64,000 bases of DNA from an uncultured Parachlamydiaceae bacterium (GCA_963752155.1 CAVVXH010000004.1:64001-128000); one strand, 5' to 3'. Shown: positions 21,250 through 31,871, numbered from the stretch's first letter. Notes: a model not told the origin generated them from the sequence alone. Program-made: numbers and translations.

Positions 21250-21954
21250 TTACGGTAATTGCCAATTAATCGGAGCTTTCCCAAGTGATTTCAATAGGAC
21301 ATTCGCCTTTGAAAAGTGCTTGCAGCCAAAAAACCCAGCATGTGCGGAAAATGGTGAAGGATGCGGAGCTGTCAAAATAAAGTGGTGTGAACCTGCTTTT
21401 AATTCAGCTACATCGATACATTTTTGCATAGCATTTCTTCCCCATAGCAGAAAAATCACAGGGTCTTCACGTTTAGCTAAAGCACGGATCGCAGCATCCG
21501 TAAACTGTTCCCAACCCAGATTTTGGTGTGCCAACGGCTTGCCTTCCTGTACAGTTAAAATCGCATTCAATAAAAGCACCCCTTGCTCAGCCCAAGCTTC
21601 CAATGAACCATGAGACGGAATAATCACACCCATATCGCTAGCAAGTTCTTTGAAGATATTCTGGAGAGATGGGGGCGGCTTGACCCCCTTTTGAACACTA
21701 AAGCTTAGGCCATGGGCCTGACCGGCACCATGGTAAGGATCCTGCCCCATGATCACGACCTTCACTTTATCGTATGGAGTCTTTTGAAAGGCATTGAAGA
21801 CAAGTCCCTTAGGTGGAAAAATATTTTTTCCACTCTTTCTCTCGGCTTGAATAAATGCGCCTAGCTTAATGAAGTAAGGCATCGTATATTCATTTTTAAG
21901 TTCTCTGTCCCAAGAAGGATCAATAGTAAAATCATCCATCATTTTGCCACCCAT
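21250..21954 (-). CDS. ung: Uracil-DNA glycosylase
   Basis: Motifs GQDPYH, HGLSFSV, PPSLQNIFKEL and HPSPFS. Confidence 0.97.
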   Translation of the reverse strand: MGGKMMDDFTIDPSWDRELKNEYTMPYFIKLGAFIQAERKSGKNIFPPKGLVFNAFQKTPYDKVKVVIMGQDPYHGAGQAHGLSFSVQKGVKPPPSLQNIFKELASDMGVIIPSHGSLEAWAEQGVLLLNAILTVQEGKPLAHQNLGWEQFTDAAIRALAKREDPVIFLLWGRNAMQKCIDVAELKAGSHHFILTAPHPSPFSAHAGFFGCKHFSKANVLLKSLGKAPINWQLP

Positions 21955-22002
21955 CGATGTGTTTCAGTTCTTGAAAGGGACTTTGCATAAAGTGTATATA
22001 AT

Positions 22003-22061
22003 ACGTGAAATCATAACAACCAAAAAATTGCGTAAATTTCTTAGCTATTTCGATTTCACAC
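22003..22061. repeat. Dispersed palindromic repeat, inner part of module A
   Basis: ACGTGAAATCATAACAACCAAAAAATTGCGTAAATTTCTTAGCTATTTCGATTTCACAC; its reverse complement aligns with ~1427-1483. Confidence 0.8.
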
Positions 22062-22072
22062 ACAAGCTTGAA

Positions 22073-23311
22073 CTAGCTGAAACGCAACACCCCACAAACT
22101 CCTAGATTTTTATAGACTCCAGGGTTAATGCTAAAGCAAGTTAAAATTTGATGGCCTCTTGCATCATTGAGAATTCCAGCAACTACTCTATTATCATTAA
22201 TTTCTTCTTGACATTGTGTAAGAATCGCGACTCCAAGTAGATCTTTTCTTATTTTAGTCTGCGCAAAAATAGAAATTGCTGCTTCTAGGGTACTTGGTAA
22301 GGTATAATGAATGTTGTTTTCTTCTGAAATTTTTACTAATTCATCTTTTTGTTCTTTCAGTGTTTTATTTATAGTTTCATCAATGAGATTTTTTTTCATG
22401 AGCACCCAGTATGTTTTTGTATTGGAGGCATCCATCATCAAATTTGGAATAACAATACGTGGAATTGTATTAAAAATATCATTCTTAAATAAATTGATGA
22501 AATAAAACCCTAATAAATTAAATGGTAATAAATTTAATGAGCGGTGTTGGGCTTCTTTTAAGGAGAAATTTTTGGGAATAAGTGTCAGTACATAGTTATC
22601 GCGAATTTTTTTAGTAGGTTCCACTGGACACGGTCTATTTAAGATCTCAATGATGTTATAAGGAATCGGCGGTTCAATTCCCATGTTCAGGTTAAAATGT
22701 CTATGCCATTCTTTCTTGCCAAAAATGATTTCTTTTACAGCAGCCTTTCTTTGTTCGTTAATGTTAAAAATCATTCTATGAGATCCCTTGCTAACTTGAG
22801 AAAAGGATTGTTGATCCTTAAAATTTAAGTTGCAAGCAATTTTTGCTAATACATCGATAATTAAAAAATCGGATTTTATCTCTGATGGATATAATGTGAT
22901 CGATTCAATATATTTAAATCTACGATAAGCTACAGAGATAATCCCTGTAAACATCCATACTCCTAATAGATACGCCTGATAAGCAGAAAAAATGTAGCAA
23001 GCAACATTAATAATAACTGCCGCTAATATTGTTTTAGCAATATGACCGATGCCTTTTACAAGATTAGAATTTTTTTCAATAGTGTAACGATTCATCATTT
23101 CCATACTATACATTCCCAAAGCCATATTTCCTGCATAAGAAATTGTAGTTTCAAGGCCAAACATTGAAGCTATTAAACCAATGAATATTCCTGTGGCAAT
23201 AGTACCAATGATTTTGTTTAGATCTTCATCATCTAGAGGTTCATTATAAAAAGAATACAATGTTTGAACACATTGATTCCCTAGGTTTACTATATTTTCC
23301 ATATTTTCCAA
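22073..23311 (-). CDS. Membrane-anchored F-box-like protein with chlamydial FGKxEW...EPPxP domain
   Basis: Hydrophobic N-terminal helices; F-box-like DVLAKIACNLNFKDQQSFSQVSKGSHRMI; FGKKEWHRHF..GIEPPIP..ILNRPCP. Confidence 0.7.
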   Translation of the reverse strand: MENMENIVNLGNQCVQTLYSFYNEPLDDEDLNKIIGTIATGIFIGLIASMFGLETTISYAGNMALGMYSMEMMNRYTIEKNSNLVKGIGHIAKTILAAVIINVACYIFSAYQAYLLGVWMFTGIISVAYRRFKYIESITLYPSEIKSDFLIIDVLAKIACNLNFKDQQSFSQVSKGSHRMIFNINEQRKAAVKEIIFGKKEWHRHFNLNMGIEPPIPYNIIEILNRPCPVEPTKKIRDNYVLTLIPKNFSLKEAQHRSLNLLPFNLLGFYFINLFKNDIFNTIPRIVIPNLMMDASNTKTYWVLMKKNLIDETINKTLKEQKDELVKISEENNIHYTLPSTLEAAISIFAQTKIRKDLLGVAILTQCQEEINDNRVVAGILNDARGHQILTCFSINPGVYKNLGVCGVLRFS

Positions 23312-23378
23312 GTAAAGTAGTTTAAATTAATCATTGAATTTTAGTTTCCTCACTATACTATAATACGAATTTAATATC

Positions 23379-23422
23379 AATTGCGCAATTTTTTAGCTAT
23401 TTCGATTTCACACATAGGCTTG
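23379..23422. repeat. Partial copy of dispersed repeat module A
   Basis: AATTGCGCAATTTTTTAGCTATTTCGATTTCACACATAGGCTTG resembles 22026-22070. Confidence 0.75.
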
Positions 23423-23430
23423 GACACTCA

Positions 23431-24668
23431 TTATCTATCCAAATATTTAAAACGCAACACGCCACAAACTCCAAGATTGCTATAGACTCTAGGGTTAGTG
23501 ATAATGCATCTTAAGGTTTGATGTCCCGTTCCACTATTGAAAGTCCCAGCAATTACTCTACCGTTATTAATTTCTTCTTGACATTGTGTAAAGATTTCGC
23601 CTTTAAGCAGATCTTGTCTTATTTTAGTCTGCGCAAAAATAGAAATTGCTGCTTCTAGGATACTCGGTAAAGTATAATGAATGTTGTTCTCTACTGAAAT
23701 TTTTACTAATTCTTCTTTTTGTTCTTCGAGTGTTTGGTTTATGGTTTCATTAATGAGATTTTTTTTCATAAGCACCCAGTATGTTTTTGTATTGTGGCAT
23801 CCACCATAGGGCTACTAATCACTGGAAAAAAATTACCTTTCATGAATAATTTGATATAAGTCCCTAAAAAATTAAATATAAATATATTAAGTGAACGGTG
23901 TTGGATTTCTTTTAAAGAGAAATTTTTGGGAATAAGTGTCAATACATAGTTATCTCGTATTTTTTTAACAGGTTCTACAGGGCACGGTCTATTTAAAATC
24001 TCAAGGATGTTATAAGGAATTGGCGGTTCAATTCCCATGTTCAGGTTAAAATATCTATGCCATTCTTTCTTGCCAAAAATGATTGCTTTTATAGAAGCTT
24101 TTCTTTGTTCGTTAATGTTAAAAATCATTCTATGAGATCCCTTGCTAACTTGAGAAAAGGATTGTTGATCATTAAAATTTAAGTTGCGAGCAATTTTTGA
24201 TAATACATCTGTATTTAAAAAATCGGATTTTATTTCTGGTGGATATAAAGTGATCGAATTAATATACTTAAATCTGCGATAAACTACAGAGATAATCCCT
24301 GTAAACATCCATGCTCCTAGTAGATAAGTATGATAGGCAGAAAAAATGTAGCAAGCTACTTTAACAGTGCCTAGCATTAACATCAGCGAAGCAAAACAAT
24401 CGATGCCTATTACAAGAAAGGATTTTTTTTCAATGCTGTGACGAAAAATCTTTTTCACACAATACATTGAATAAATTATACCCCCTGCTGCATTAATAGT
24501 TGCATTTTCAAGGCCCTGTATTGAAGCTATTAAACCAATGAGTATTCCTGTGGCAAACGTACCAATGATTTTGTTTAGATCTTCATCTTCGAGAGGTTCA
24601 TTATAAAAAGAATACAATGTTTGAACACATTGATTGCTTAGATTTACTATATTTCCCATAATTTCCAA
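23431..24668 (-). pseudogene. Tandem paralog of the F-box-like gene, frameshifted (ORFs 23766..24668 and 23431..23775)
   Basis: High similarity to 22073..23311. GTATTGTGGCATCC versus the paralog's GTATTGGAGGCATCC shows a 1-nt loss at ~23795. Confidence 0.85.
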
Positions 24669-24726
24669 GTAAAGTTTAAATTAAATAATATTCACTCATT
24701 GGATATCAATTTCCTCATCTTACAAT

Positions 24727-24774
24727 AATACGTGAAATCATAACAACCAAAAAATAGGTATTTCGATTTCACGC
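24727..24774. repeat. Internally deleted copy of dispersed repeat module A
   Basis: ATACGTGAAATCATAACAACCAAAAAATAGGTATTTCGATTTCACGC. Confidence 0.8.
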
Positions 24775-24985
24775 ATTTTTTTCTCACTTTTCTTTAAAGA
24801 AGAGATATTAATTATATCTTTCTTCTTCTTTTTCTTAGGCTGTGGGCTTGTTTATAAGTTACTGTTTTCTCCTGTAGAAATGAATGTTCAGCTCGTGTAG
24901 ATAAAGTGTTCAAAAGATAGGACTTGTCTACAACCGCGTATTTACGAACAATTCTGTGAACAAAAAAAATGAAGTTGTGGTTGGG

Positions 24986-25843
24986 TTATGAACATATATA
25001 TGTCATCCCTATCTTTACGAAAATAGGTAAAGTCACCATGCTAACTATTGATACCACTGGATGAATATTTCCAATGCTCCAGAGAGCTATAAAATCATGA
25101 GATATATTGTGCCGTGATTCTCCAAAAGCTGATAGGGCATATAGCACATGACTCGCAATTTCTGTTATTGCACCGGCATTAAGTGTTCTAGATATATCCG
25201 GATGGTCTTTTTGGCAATGATGCGCAAAAATGAGTTTTATGGTAGCTGAGAGGATTCCAAAGGCTGGACCAGCAGCAGCTACGAATAAGTAGGAATTTTT
25301 ATTCCCTAGGCATTCTCCTAATTTTGTTAGAGGTCCTGGACTGATTCTAGTGAAGCCACCCTTTATAGGAAAAATACTTATTTTAAGCCTAGGATTTTGA
25401 TAAACTGTGAGGGCTGCAACAGCATGTCCAAATTCATGTATGAGAGTTGCAGTAGTGGTCAATTCAAAAACACCAAATGTAAATGCATTAAACCATCGCG
25501 TAAAATGAACCGCTCTTAGCACTAAGCCTAAATCTTTTTTTTCTTTAATCTGATCTGCTCGATATTCTAGATAGGCGAACGATGTTCGAAATAGAGCATT
25601 TAAAGCGATGGTTGCTATGGCTGTGGTGATCAAAAGCCCAATTGAGGTACTTGCTACGAAACAACATGTCACTGCCGTCATAGCTGAAGAAACTCCCATT
25701 TCAGCAAAGGTTGCTAATGCCACATCATAAATTAATTTGTTAATCTTAGATTTTTCTGGATTATGACTATTATCAATTTTTTGATTAACGAAATTTAATT
25801 TACAAGTATTATTACAATTGATTGAGTTTTTAGAATTTCCCAT
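24986..25843 (-). CDS. Membrane zinc metalloprotease, M50/M50B-like
   Basis: HEFGH (HExxH) motif, AAAGP, SHDF and several hydrophobic helices. Confidence 0.75.
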   Translation of the reverse strand: MGNSKNSINCNNTCKLNFVNQKIDNSHNPEKSKINKLIYDVALATFAEMGVSSAMTAVTCCFVASTSIGLLITTAIATIALNALFRTSFAYLEYRADQIKEKKDLGLVLRAVHFTRWFNAFTFGVFELTTTATLIHEFGHAVAALTVYQNPRLKISIFPIKGGFTRISPGPLTKLGECLGNKNSYLFVAAAGPAFGILSATIKLIFAHHCQKDHPDISRTLNAGAITEIASHVLYALSAFGESRHNISHDFIALWSIGNIHPVVSIVSMVTLPIFVKIGMTYICS

Positions 25844-25945
25844 ACTATCTTTCTGTCTTTTTTTATCTTTTCATAATGAATTGTAAATTATTTAAAAATT
25901 AAACGCAAATGTAACTTCGAAAGATGCTGCGATATTAGGGAATAT

Positions 25946-26269
25946 AGGAAAAATTAAACGCAAAGCGAGACAGTTGCCTGCGGCGCCCTCTATCGGGAAA
26001 TAACAGATTTTTAAAGCCCCCAAGATCTACGCAACTGAAAAAAGCGTCGTTTTCAATTAATAACAAGATACTAAATTCTGAGAGGTAACGTTTAGCCTTG
26101 GTTCCAGACCTGACATTCTGACATTTGCCCTCCTGGTAGGTTACGTTATCATTGTAGGCAAATGTCAGAATATCAGGTCAGGCACCAATGGCAAGGCGCT
26201 TTAAAAATCTGTTATTTCCCGATAGGGGGCGCCGCAGGCAACTGTCTCGCTTTGCGTTTAATTTTTCTT
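25946..26269. mobile_element. MITE-like long palindrome, copy 1 (left arm has an internal ~90-bp replacement)
   Basis: Arms AGGAAAAATTAAACGCAAAGCGAGACAGTTGCC... and ...GGCAACTGTCTCGCTTTGCGTTTAATTTTTCTT; near-identical to 53126..53378. Confidence 0.85.
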
Positions 26270-26434
26270 AGTATTCCGCATCAGTCGAACTTTTACTTGC
26301 TTGAAGAGGAGCCAGAGGTAACATAATGATCCTTAAATGATATTAGTAAAATGAAATATATTATTTTCATTTTAATATGTCACTCGAAAAAATAAGATTT
26401 TTAAGGAATTATAGATGTTATAATAAATTTGCAT

Positions 26435-27595
26435 TTATGTTAAAAGTTGATTTAATTCCTTAAGTAAAACTTCTACTCGTTGATCCCAGGTGTGATGATG
26501 GTGTACGGTATGAGATCCATTTTTTGCTAAAATTGCTCGTTTAGGTTCATCAGTTAACAAATTGTTAATTCTATCGTTGACAGTATCGAGAGTTTCTTCC
26601 GTATAAAAAAGAATATTCTTTCCTTCTTCAAACGTTTCTTTTAAATAGATATTTTCATTGGTTAGGACAGCAGCTCCACAAGCCATTCCAGAAAATATCC
26701 TTTCATGCCCTCCTCCTTTATTGACAACGCAACTATTTAACAGAATTTTGGTTTCCTTCATCTTCTGAAATGCTTCTTCAAAAGGCAAAGGGCCATGGAT
26801 GGTGCAGTTAGACTGTTTTCCGAGGTAGTATTTCCACAATTCCTTAGTATTTCCAAAAATATCAATATGGGCATCTTTAATGGATTTAATGAGACGTATT
26901 CGATCGTATCCAATAATGTAGGCTTCGATTTCATCAAGAATAGAAATTATATCTAAGGATTGAATATTAATCTCTCGGTGTTTTTTTGAATAGCTTTCAA
27001 CGGTTTCTGCTAAGGCATCAGCAAAGTAAGTTGTTTGATCGGAAAGAGTGATTCTGACTGCTTCAAAGATGGCATCTACTAATGGTTTGGAATACTTGGC
27101 TTTCCAGTTTTTGGCAATGGCTTCATAATCGATGCATGTAGCCATAACGAGCACTTCATAGGGACGATGTGCATCTTGAGAATAAGTCAATGAGTTGTCT
27201 GTTGCATGAGGAATAAAAAGAGTTTCCTTACCTTGCAGATTTTTAAAAAACTGACAAGCTCCTCGATCGACGCAAGCCAAAATGTTGTAGGAACTTTGAG
27301 CCAATGGAATAAATTGAAGTGGTGAATCGACTAACATACACACATGGGGTATTTTTATCATTTCAGATAAAAATCGTCCTTCTTCGTCTGGGAGGACCCC
27401 ATTGAATGAAAGGGTGCAGTCAGGTGGATCACTAAAAAGTTGCGTAAGGAAAGGACGTGGGTTGTGTTTTTCTGCGACTAGAATCCTACAGTCGACCCCA
27501 GCTCGCAGTAAAGCTTCGTAGAGTTTCTTTGTAAAATAATGCAATACGGCATATTGACTGTTCAGTGGCATAAAGAGATCAATGCGTCGAATCAT
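26435..27595 (-). CDS. Glycosyltransferase (GT-B, CgeB/Glyco_trans_1_2-like)
   Basis: KILLN...GGHERIFSGMACGAAVLT...HHTWDQRV C-terminal GT motif. Confidence 0.8.
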   Translation of the reverse strand: MIRRIDLFMPLNSQYAVLHYFTKKLYEALLRAGVDCRILVAEKHNPRPFLTQLFSDPPDCTLSFNGVLPDEEGRFLSEMIKIPHVCMLVDSPLQFIPLAQSSYNILACVDRGACQFFKNLQGKETLFIPHATDNSLTYSQDAHRPYEVLVMATCIDYEAIAKNWKAKYSKPLVDAIFEAVRITLSDQTTYFADALAETVESYSKKHREINIQSLDIISILDEIEAYIIGYDRIRLIKSIKDAHIDIFGNTKELWKYYLGKQSNCTIHGPLPFEEAFQKMKETKILLNSCVVNKGGGHERIFSGMACGAAVLTNENIYLKETFEEGKNILFYTEETLDTVNDRINNLLTDEPKRAILAKNGSHTVHHHHTWDQRVEVLLKELNQLLT

Positions 27596-27608
27596 AACAC
27601 TCCCTAAA

Positions 27609-28490
27609 TTAATTGTTTACATTCACAGGAGAATATCGATGGCTCACATGGATAAATAGGCGACGTATCCAAGGTAATAAACAGACGACATAACTTATTC
27701 CTGCAACTAATGCTATGGTTGCTCCTCCAGGCCAGTCCATGTAGTAAGCAAGATCCATGCCGCCAAGGCAAAATGCACTGTTGATGAGTACTGCACCGAT
27801 CATCATCCTCGATAAACTCGTTGTAAATAGATTGGCAATTGCAGGAGGTATTGTCAGCATGGTCATCACTAAAATAATCCCTACTACTTGGATGAGTAAG
27901 ACGATTGAAATGGCGATTAAAATCAGGAGCAACATGTACAAGCTATTGACATGTAGTCCTTGAAGTTGTGCTTGCTCTTCATCGAAACAGATGGCTAAAA
28001 AGCGTTTGTGCATACATAGAACGGTGGCTAAAATGATAATATCGAGTGCAATCAGAATGTACAGGTCTGTATGTGTCACCCAAAGGATGTTTCCAACCAG
28101 TAAGTTCGACAGTTCTACATTGTATCCTGGAGTTTGGGATATAAAAAGGACTCCAATGGCCATCCCAATAGACCATAGGGCCGCAATGACAGAGTCTTCT
28201 CTTTGGCGATAATTGATGCGGATCCATCCAATAATAATGGCAGAGGCTATGGCGGCAACAAGAGCACCAAATAACGGAGAGATCCATTCGATTCCTCGAG
28301 TCCTTTCAAGCCACAAGCAAAAGCCGATCCCCGCAAGTACAGAATGGGAAATACTGCCGCTGATAAACACAATGCGTTTGACGACAACATAGGAACCGAT
28401 AATGCCGCTAACCACGGAGGAGGCCAAGCCCGCGATTAAGGCAGACAGCAGAAGGGAGTTTTCCATCAAGGCTTCGAAAAATGAAATCAT
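27609..28490 (-). CDS. Zn/Mn ABC transporter permease (ZnuB-like)
   Basis: GSYVVVKRIVFISGSISHSVLAG, FDEEQAQLQG and multiple transmembrane helices. Confidence 0.92.
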   Translation of the reverse strand: MISFFEALMENSLLLSALIAGLASSVVSGIIGSYVVVKRIVFISGSISHSVLAGIGFCLWLERTRGIEWISPLFGALVAAIASAIIIGWIRINYRQREDSVIAALWSIGMAIGVLFISQTPGYNVELSNLLVGNILWVTHTDLYILIALDIIILATVLCMHKRFLAICFDEEQAQLQGLHVNSLYMLLLILIAISIVLLIQVVGIILVMTMLTIPPAIANLFTTSLSRMMIGAVLINSAFCLGGMDLAYYMDWPGGATIALVAGISYVVCLLPWIRRLFIHVSHRYSPVNVNN

Positions 28491-29212
28491 AAAGTGTTCT
28501 CTCGATTAAGCAAAGGCTTGTGGTAAAGCCCAAGGGCAAAGTGTTCACATACTTCCTGAGGTTGTAAAGAGAGAAGCGTATGTTGTACGCATAAAACTCT
28601 TTGAACTTGGTCAATGGCAGTACTTAAGTCATGTGTTACCATCACTATTGTGATCTTCCCACTTAATTCTTTTAGGAGTCTATAAATATTTGCTTCCGCC
28701 TTAACATCGACATTCGCTGTGGGTTCGTCAAGTAAAAGGAGTTTAGGTTGAGACACTAAAGCTCGCGCGATAAGAACTCGTTGAGCTTGCCCTCCGGAAA
28801 GGGTTCCGAAAGCGCAGTGTTTGTATGGAGTAAGCTCAAGATGTTCAAGTATTTCCTGGGTAATTTGATGATCTTCTTTGCTATAGATTCCATACCAAGG
28901 AAGTCTTGAGAGCCTTCCTGAAAGAGCAATTTCATAAACCGAAACGGGAAATTGTCGATCGAAACGCATGACTTGGGGAACATATCCAATTTCACGGATG
29001 GCTTGTTGAGGCAATGAGCCGAAAAGCGAAAGTTTCCCTGTTGTTGGTTTTAAAAAGCCCATGATAAGCTTTAGAAGTGTGGTCTTTCCGCCACCATTGG
29101 GTCCGATGATGCCAACAAATTCTCCAGCCTGGATAGTGAATGAGATATTTTTGAGAATAGAAGTCTCTTCATAAGCAAAAGAGAGATTTTCGCAACAAAT
29201 AGGGATATTCAT
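28487..29212 (-). CDS. Zn/Mn ABC transporter ATP-binding protein (ZnuC-like)
   Basis: Walker A GPNGGGKTT, signature LSGGQ, Walker B LLLLDEP. Confidence 0.95.
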   Translation of the reverse strand: MNIPICCENLSFAYEETSILKNISFTIQAGEFVGIIGPNGGGKTTLLKLIMGFLKPTTGKLSLFGSLPQQAIREIGYVPQVMRFDRQFPVSVYEIALSGRLSRLPWYGIYSKEDHQITQEILEHLELTPYKHCAFGTLSGGQAQRVLIARALVSQPKLLLLDEPTANVDVKAEANIYRLLKELSGKITIVMVTHDLSTAIDQVQRVLCVQHTLLSLQPQEVCEHFALGLYHKPLLNRENTL

Positions 29213-29229
29213 GCTTTTTAAACCTTCAA

Positions 29230-30141
29230 CTATTGAGCAGCAAAATGAGATGCCACGTCGCGCATCATGGTAAAATAATTCTCAGCATAGGGGTCGAGTG
29301 TAATCACTTTTGCACCTAATTCCTTAGCTACAAGTAAAGCCCCTTTGTTGTTGTATTGCAACTGAATATAGACAGCTTGGCTGCCGGCTTGCCTTGCGCG
29401 AGTGATGATATTCGTCAATTGTCTAGGAGAAGGATCCTTGCCTTCAAATTCGATAGATAACTGCTTAAGGTTATAATCTCTTGCAAAATAGGCATAGGCC
29501 GGATGTGACACTAAAATTGTGCGATTTTTTAAAGGGGCTAATTGAATTTCAATTTCTTTGTCGAGAGCATCGAGTTCTTGGATAAAGATTTTAAGACGTT
29601 GGGCATAAAGAGAAGCATTTTTTGGATAACGTTCGCTTAATGCATCAGCAATCGTTCGAGCTTGTATTTTAGCCTGTCTGGCACTCAACCAAAAATGGGG
29701 ATCTGCACAACATTCCTGAGCATGTGCTGAACAATGACATCCTCCCTCGGTATCGATGATGAGGTCGACCCCTTGGCGAAGATCTATTAATTTTAAATGG
29801 GGATTGTGTTCTAAAAGGGCTTTGCTTGCGCGCGGCTCAAAATTTTCACCAATTTGAAACCACATGTCAGCTTTGCCGGCATTGAACATTTGTTTCGGTG
29901 TTGGTTCGAAAGTATGTGAACTAGCTCCGGTGGGAACCATAAGTTCGACAATCACGGTGTCTCCGGCAACTTTTTCCACAAAGAATTTATCCGGGGCAAC
30001 ACTCACTAAGACATAAGGAAGGGTTGTGGAATGAACAGAATTGGCTAGGAGATTTCCAGTGATGTATGTTAAAAGTATAAAAAAGAAAAGTAAAAATTTT
30101 TGAGACATTAGCAGACCTTTGATTGCAATTTCCTTTATCAT
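29230..30141 (-). CDS. Zn/Mn ABC transporter solute-binding protein (ZnuA/TroA family)
   Basis: Signal peptide; SHTFEPTP, DPHFWLS, HPAYAYF. Confidence 0.93.
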   Translation of the reverse strand: MIKEIAIKGLLMSQKFLLFFFILLTYITGNLLANSVHSTTLPYVLVSVAPDKFFVEKVAGDTVIVELMVPTGASSHTFEPTPKQMFNAGKADMWFQIGENFEPRASKALLEHNPHLKLIDLRQGVDLIIDTEGGCHCSAHAQECCADPHFWLSARQAKIQARTIADALSERYPKNASLYAQRLKIFIQELDALDKEIEIQLAPLKNRTILVSHPAYAYFARDYNLKQLSIEFEGKDPSPRQLTNIITRARQAGSQAVYIQLQYNNKGALLVAKELGAKVITLDPYAENYFTMMRDVASHFAAQ

Positions 30142-30206
30142 ACTCTATTGCATCTTTAGCTTGAACTATAAATCCATTTTCTTATACAGTTATTGTGTAT
30201 TCTTCT

Positions 30207-30293
30207 GGAGGAGTGTCCGAGTGGCTTAAGGAGCACGCTTGGAAAGCGTGTGTGCGTGAAAGCGCACCGTGGGTTCGAATCCCACCTCCTCCA
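30207..30293 (+). tRNA. tRNA-Ser(GGA)
   Basis: Acceptor stem GGAGGAG/CTCCTCC, anticodon arm CACGC-TTGGAAA-GCGTG, long variable arm, T-loop GGTTCGAATCC. Confidence 0.97.
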
Positions 30294-30452
30294 TACTTAG
30301 GAGGATCTGACATTGCAATCAACTTATCAAACGGTTCACTCGGTGTTATGATCGCCTTTTAGTCCTTCATTTCCAAGTTCGAAAATAAGAAATTCAGGAT
30401 TTGTCGTTTTTCCTCTACTTTCGAACTTTTTAGATTTCCTTGGCTCGTTTTC
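30294..30452 (-). pseudogene. C-terminal remnant of a large serine recombinase abutting the tRNA 3' end
   Basis: Minus strand reads KRAKEI/SSKVEEKRQILNFLFSNLEMKD*KAIITPSEPFDKLIAMSDPPKY and runs into the tRNA. This resembles the C-terminus of tRNA-targeting large serine recombinases. Confidence 0.6.
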
Positions 30453-30483
30453 TCCTTCTTTTGATCTTTTTTATGCAGTCAAA

Positions 30484-31035
30484 ATGTCACTTTTTGATGG
30501 TATCAAACACATCAAAATGTTGACTTTTGATGCTTTTAATGCAATCATAAAGGAAAAGAAGGTAGATTTACTCATGTTAAAACCTAAAAAATCTGAAAAA
30601 TTATTTTTAGAAGAAATTTTTCTTGAGGGAAAAGTCTTGCAGAAAAAGCTTCAAGGCCTCTCAGTGGGACAGTTGATCCCGCTTATTCGGAGCCAGCTAG
30701 GGATGTCGCAACGCATCTTGGCAGCGAGGGCTGCAATTCAGCAATCTAGTGTAGTGAGGATTGAATCTGGACACTTCGATCCTAACATTTCAACCTTGAA
30801 AAAAATTGTGGAAGCGATGGAATGCGACTTAGTAGTCACAATTGTTCCGAGAACCGACTTAAAAACAACCAGAGAAAACCAAGCAAAACTAAAGGCGGAA
30901 CAAAAAATTCGCTACCTCCATGGGACGATGAGTCTGGAAAAACAGTCACCAAACCAAAAACTATTAAAAGAATTGCACGATGAGGAAGTAAAAAACCTTC
31001 TCGACTCATCTAGTTCAGCACTATGGGATGAATAA
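30484..31035 (+). CDS. Mobile mystery protein A-like XRE HTH protein
   Basis: IRSQLGMSQRILAARAAIQQSSVVRIESG HTH; CDLVVTIVP..HGTMSLEKQ..LWDE; paired with the Fic gene downstream. Confidence 0.85.
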   Translation: MSLFDGIKHIKMLTFDAFNAIIKEKKVDLLMLKPKKSEKLFLEEIFLEGKVLQKKLQGLSVGQLIPLIRSQLGMSQRILAARAAIQQSSVVRIESGHFDPNISTLKKIVEAMECDLVVTIVPRTDLKTTRENQAKLKAEQKIRYLHGTMSLEKQSPNQKLLKELHDEEVKNLLDSSSSALWDE

Positions 31036-31037
31036 TT

Positions 31038-31631
31038 ATGAAATTTACTTACCCTGAAGGTGCTACTCCTCTTGATGACATTAGCGGCCTAAAGCCTGTG
31101 TGGGTCAAAACTCAAGAAGATCTCAATAACATTGAAGCTGAAAACATCTCAAATGCCGCTAGCAAATATCTTTTAAGACCAGTTGGACCGCCACAACAGT
31201 GGTTTAACGTTCTTTTTTTACAGAAGATCCACCACGACATGTTTCATGATGTTTGGGATTGGGCAGGCAAATTTCGAACGACACAAACGTGCCCGGGGAT
31301 CAAACCTTATCAAATTTATGGAGCACTTGCTCATCTTTGCGATGATGTCCTGTATTGGTGCAAAGGAGGATGCGATTTAACGATTGTTGAGCAAGCGGCA
31401 AAAATCCATCATCAGCTTGTTTACATCCACCCATACCCAAACGGTAACGGTCGGTTTTCACGGCTAGTTTCAGACCGATACCTCAAGGCATGTAAATGCC
31501 CCTTTCCGAATTGGCCCGTGGACTTGAATAAGGATGGGCAATTTCGTAAGCAATATATCGCTGCGTTAAAAAGCGCTGATATTGGAGATTACGAACCTCT
31601 TATCCATTATATGATGGGGCTGGAGCGATAA
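31038..31631 (+). CDS. Mobile mystery protein B-like Fic-domain protein
   Basis: PEGATPLD N-terminus, WDWAGKFR, Fic motif HPYPNGNGRFSR. Confidence 0.9.
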   Translation: MKFTYPEGATPLDDISGLKPVWVKTQEDLNNIEAENISNAASKYLLRPVGPPQQWFNVLFLQKIHHDMFHDVWDWAGKFRTTQTCPGIKPYQIYGALAHLCDDVLYWCKGGCDLTIVEQAAKIHHQLVYIHPYPNGNGRFSRLVSDRYLKACKCPFPNWPVDLNKDGQFRKQYIAALKSADIGDYEPLIHYMMGLER

Positions 31632-31810
31632 GGAAAAGTCTAATCTATCACCTCTAATTTTTTTTTTTAGGGTGCTGACTATTTCAAAGTCAACTTTAAA
31701 AAAGTCATGACCATTTCAAATTAGGCTTTGAAATGGTCAGGTAAAACCTTTCACCTGTGAGGTGAAAATCGATACTTATCTATATACACGTGAAAGCTAC
31801 TATTGGCGCC

Positions 31811-31852
31811 ATTACAATTTAACCAAAAAGTATTTTTTGGTTAAATTGTAAT
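31811..31852. terminator. Perfect 19-bp hairpin between convergent genes (bidirectional terminator candidate)
   Basis: ATTACAATTTAACCAAAAA-GTAT-TTTTTGGTTAAATTGTAAT. Confidence 0.6.
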
Positions 31853-31871
31853 CTTTACGTTGATAATTGTG

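Noticed and set aside
21146..21613. 155-aa + strand ORF
   Set aside because: Antisense to ung, with no motif support.
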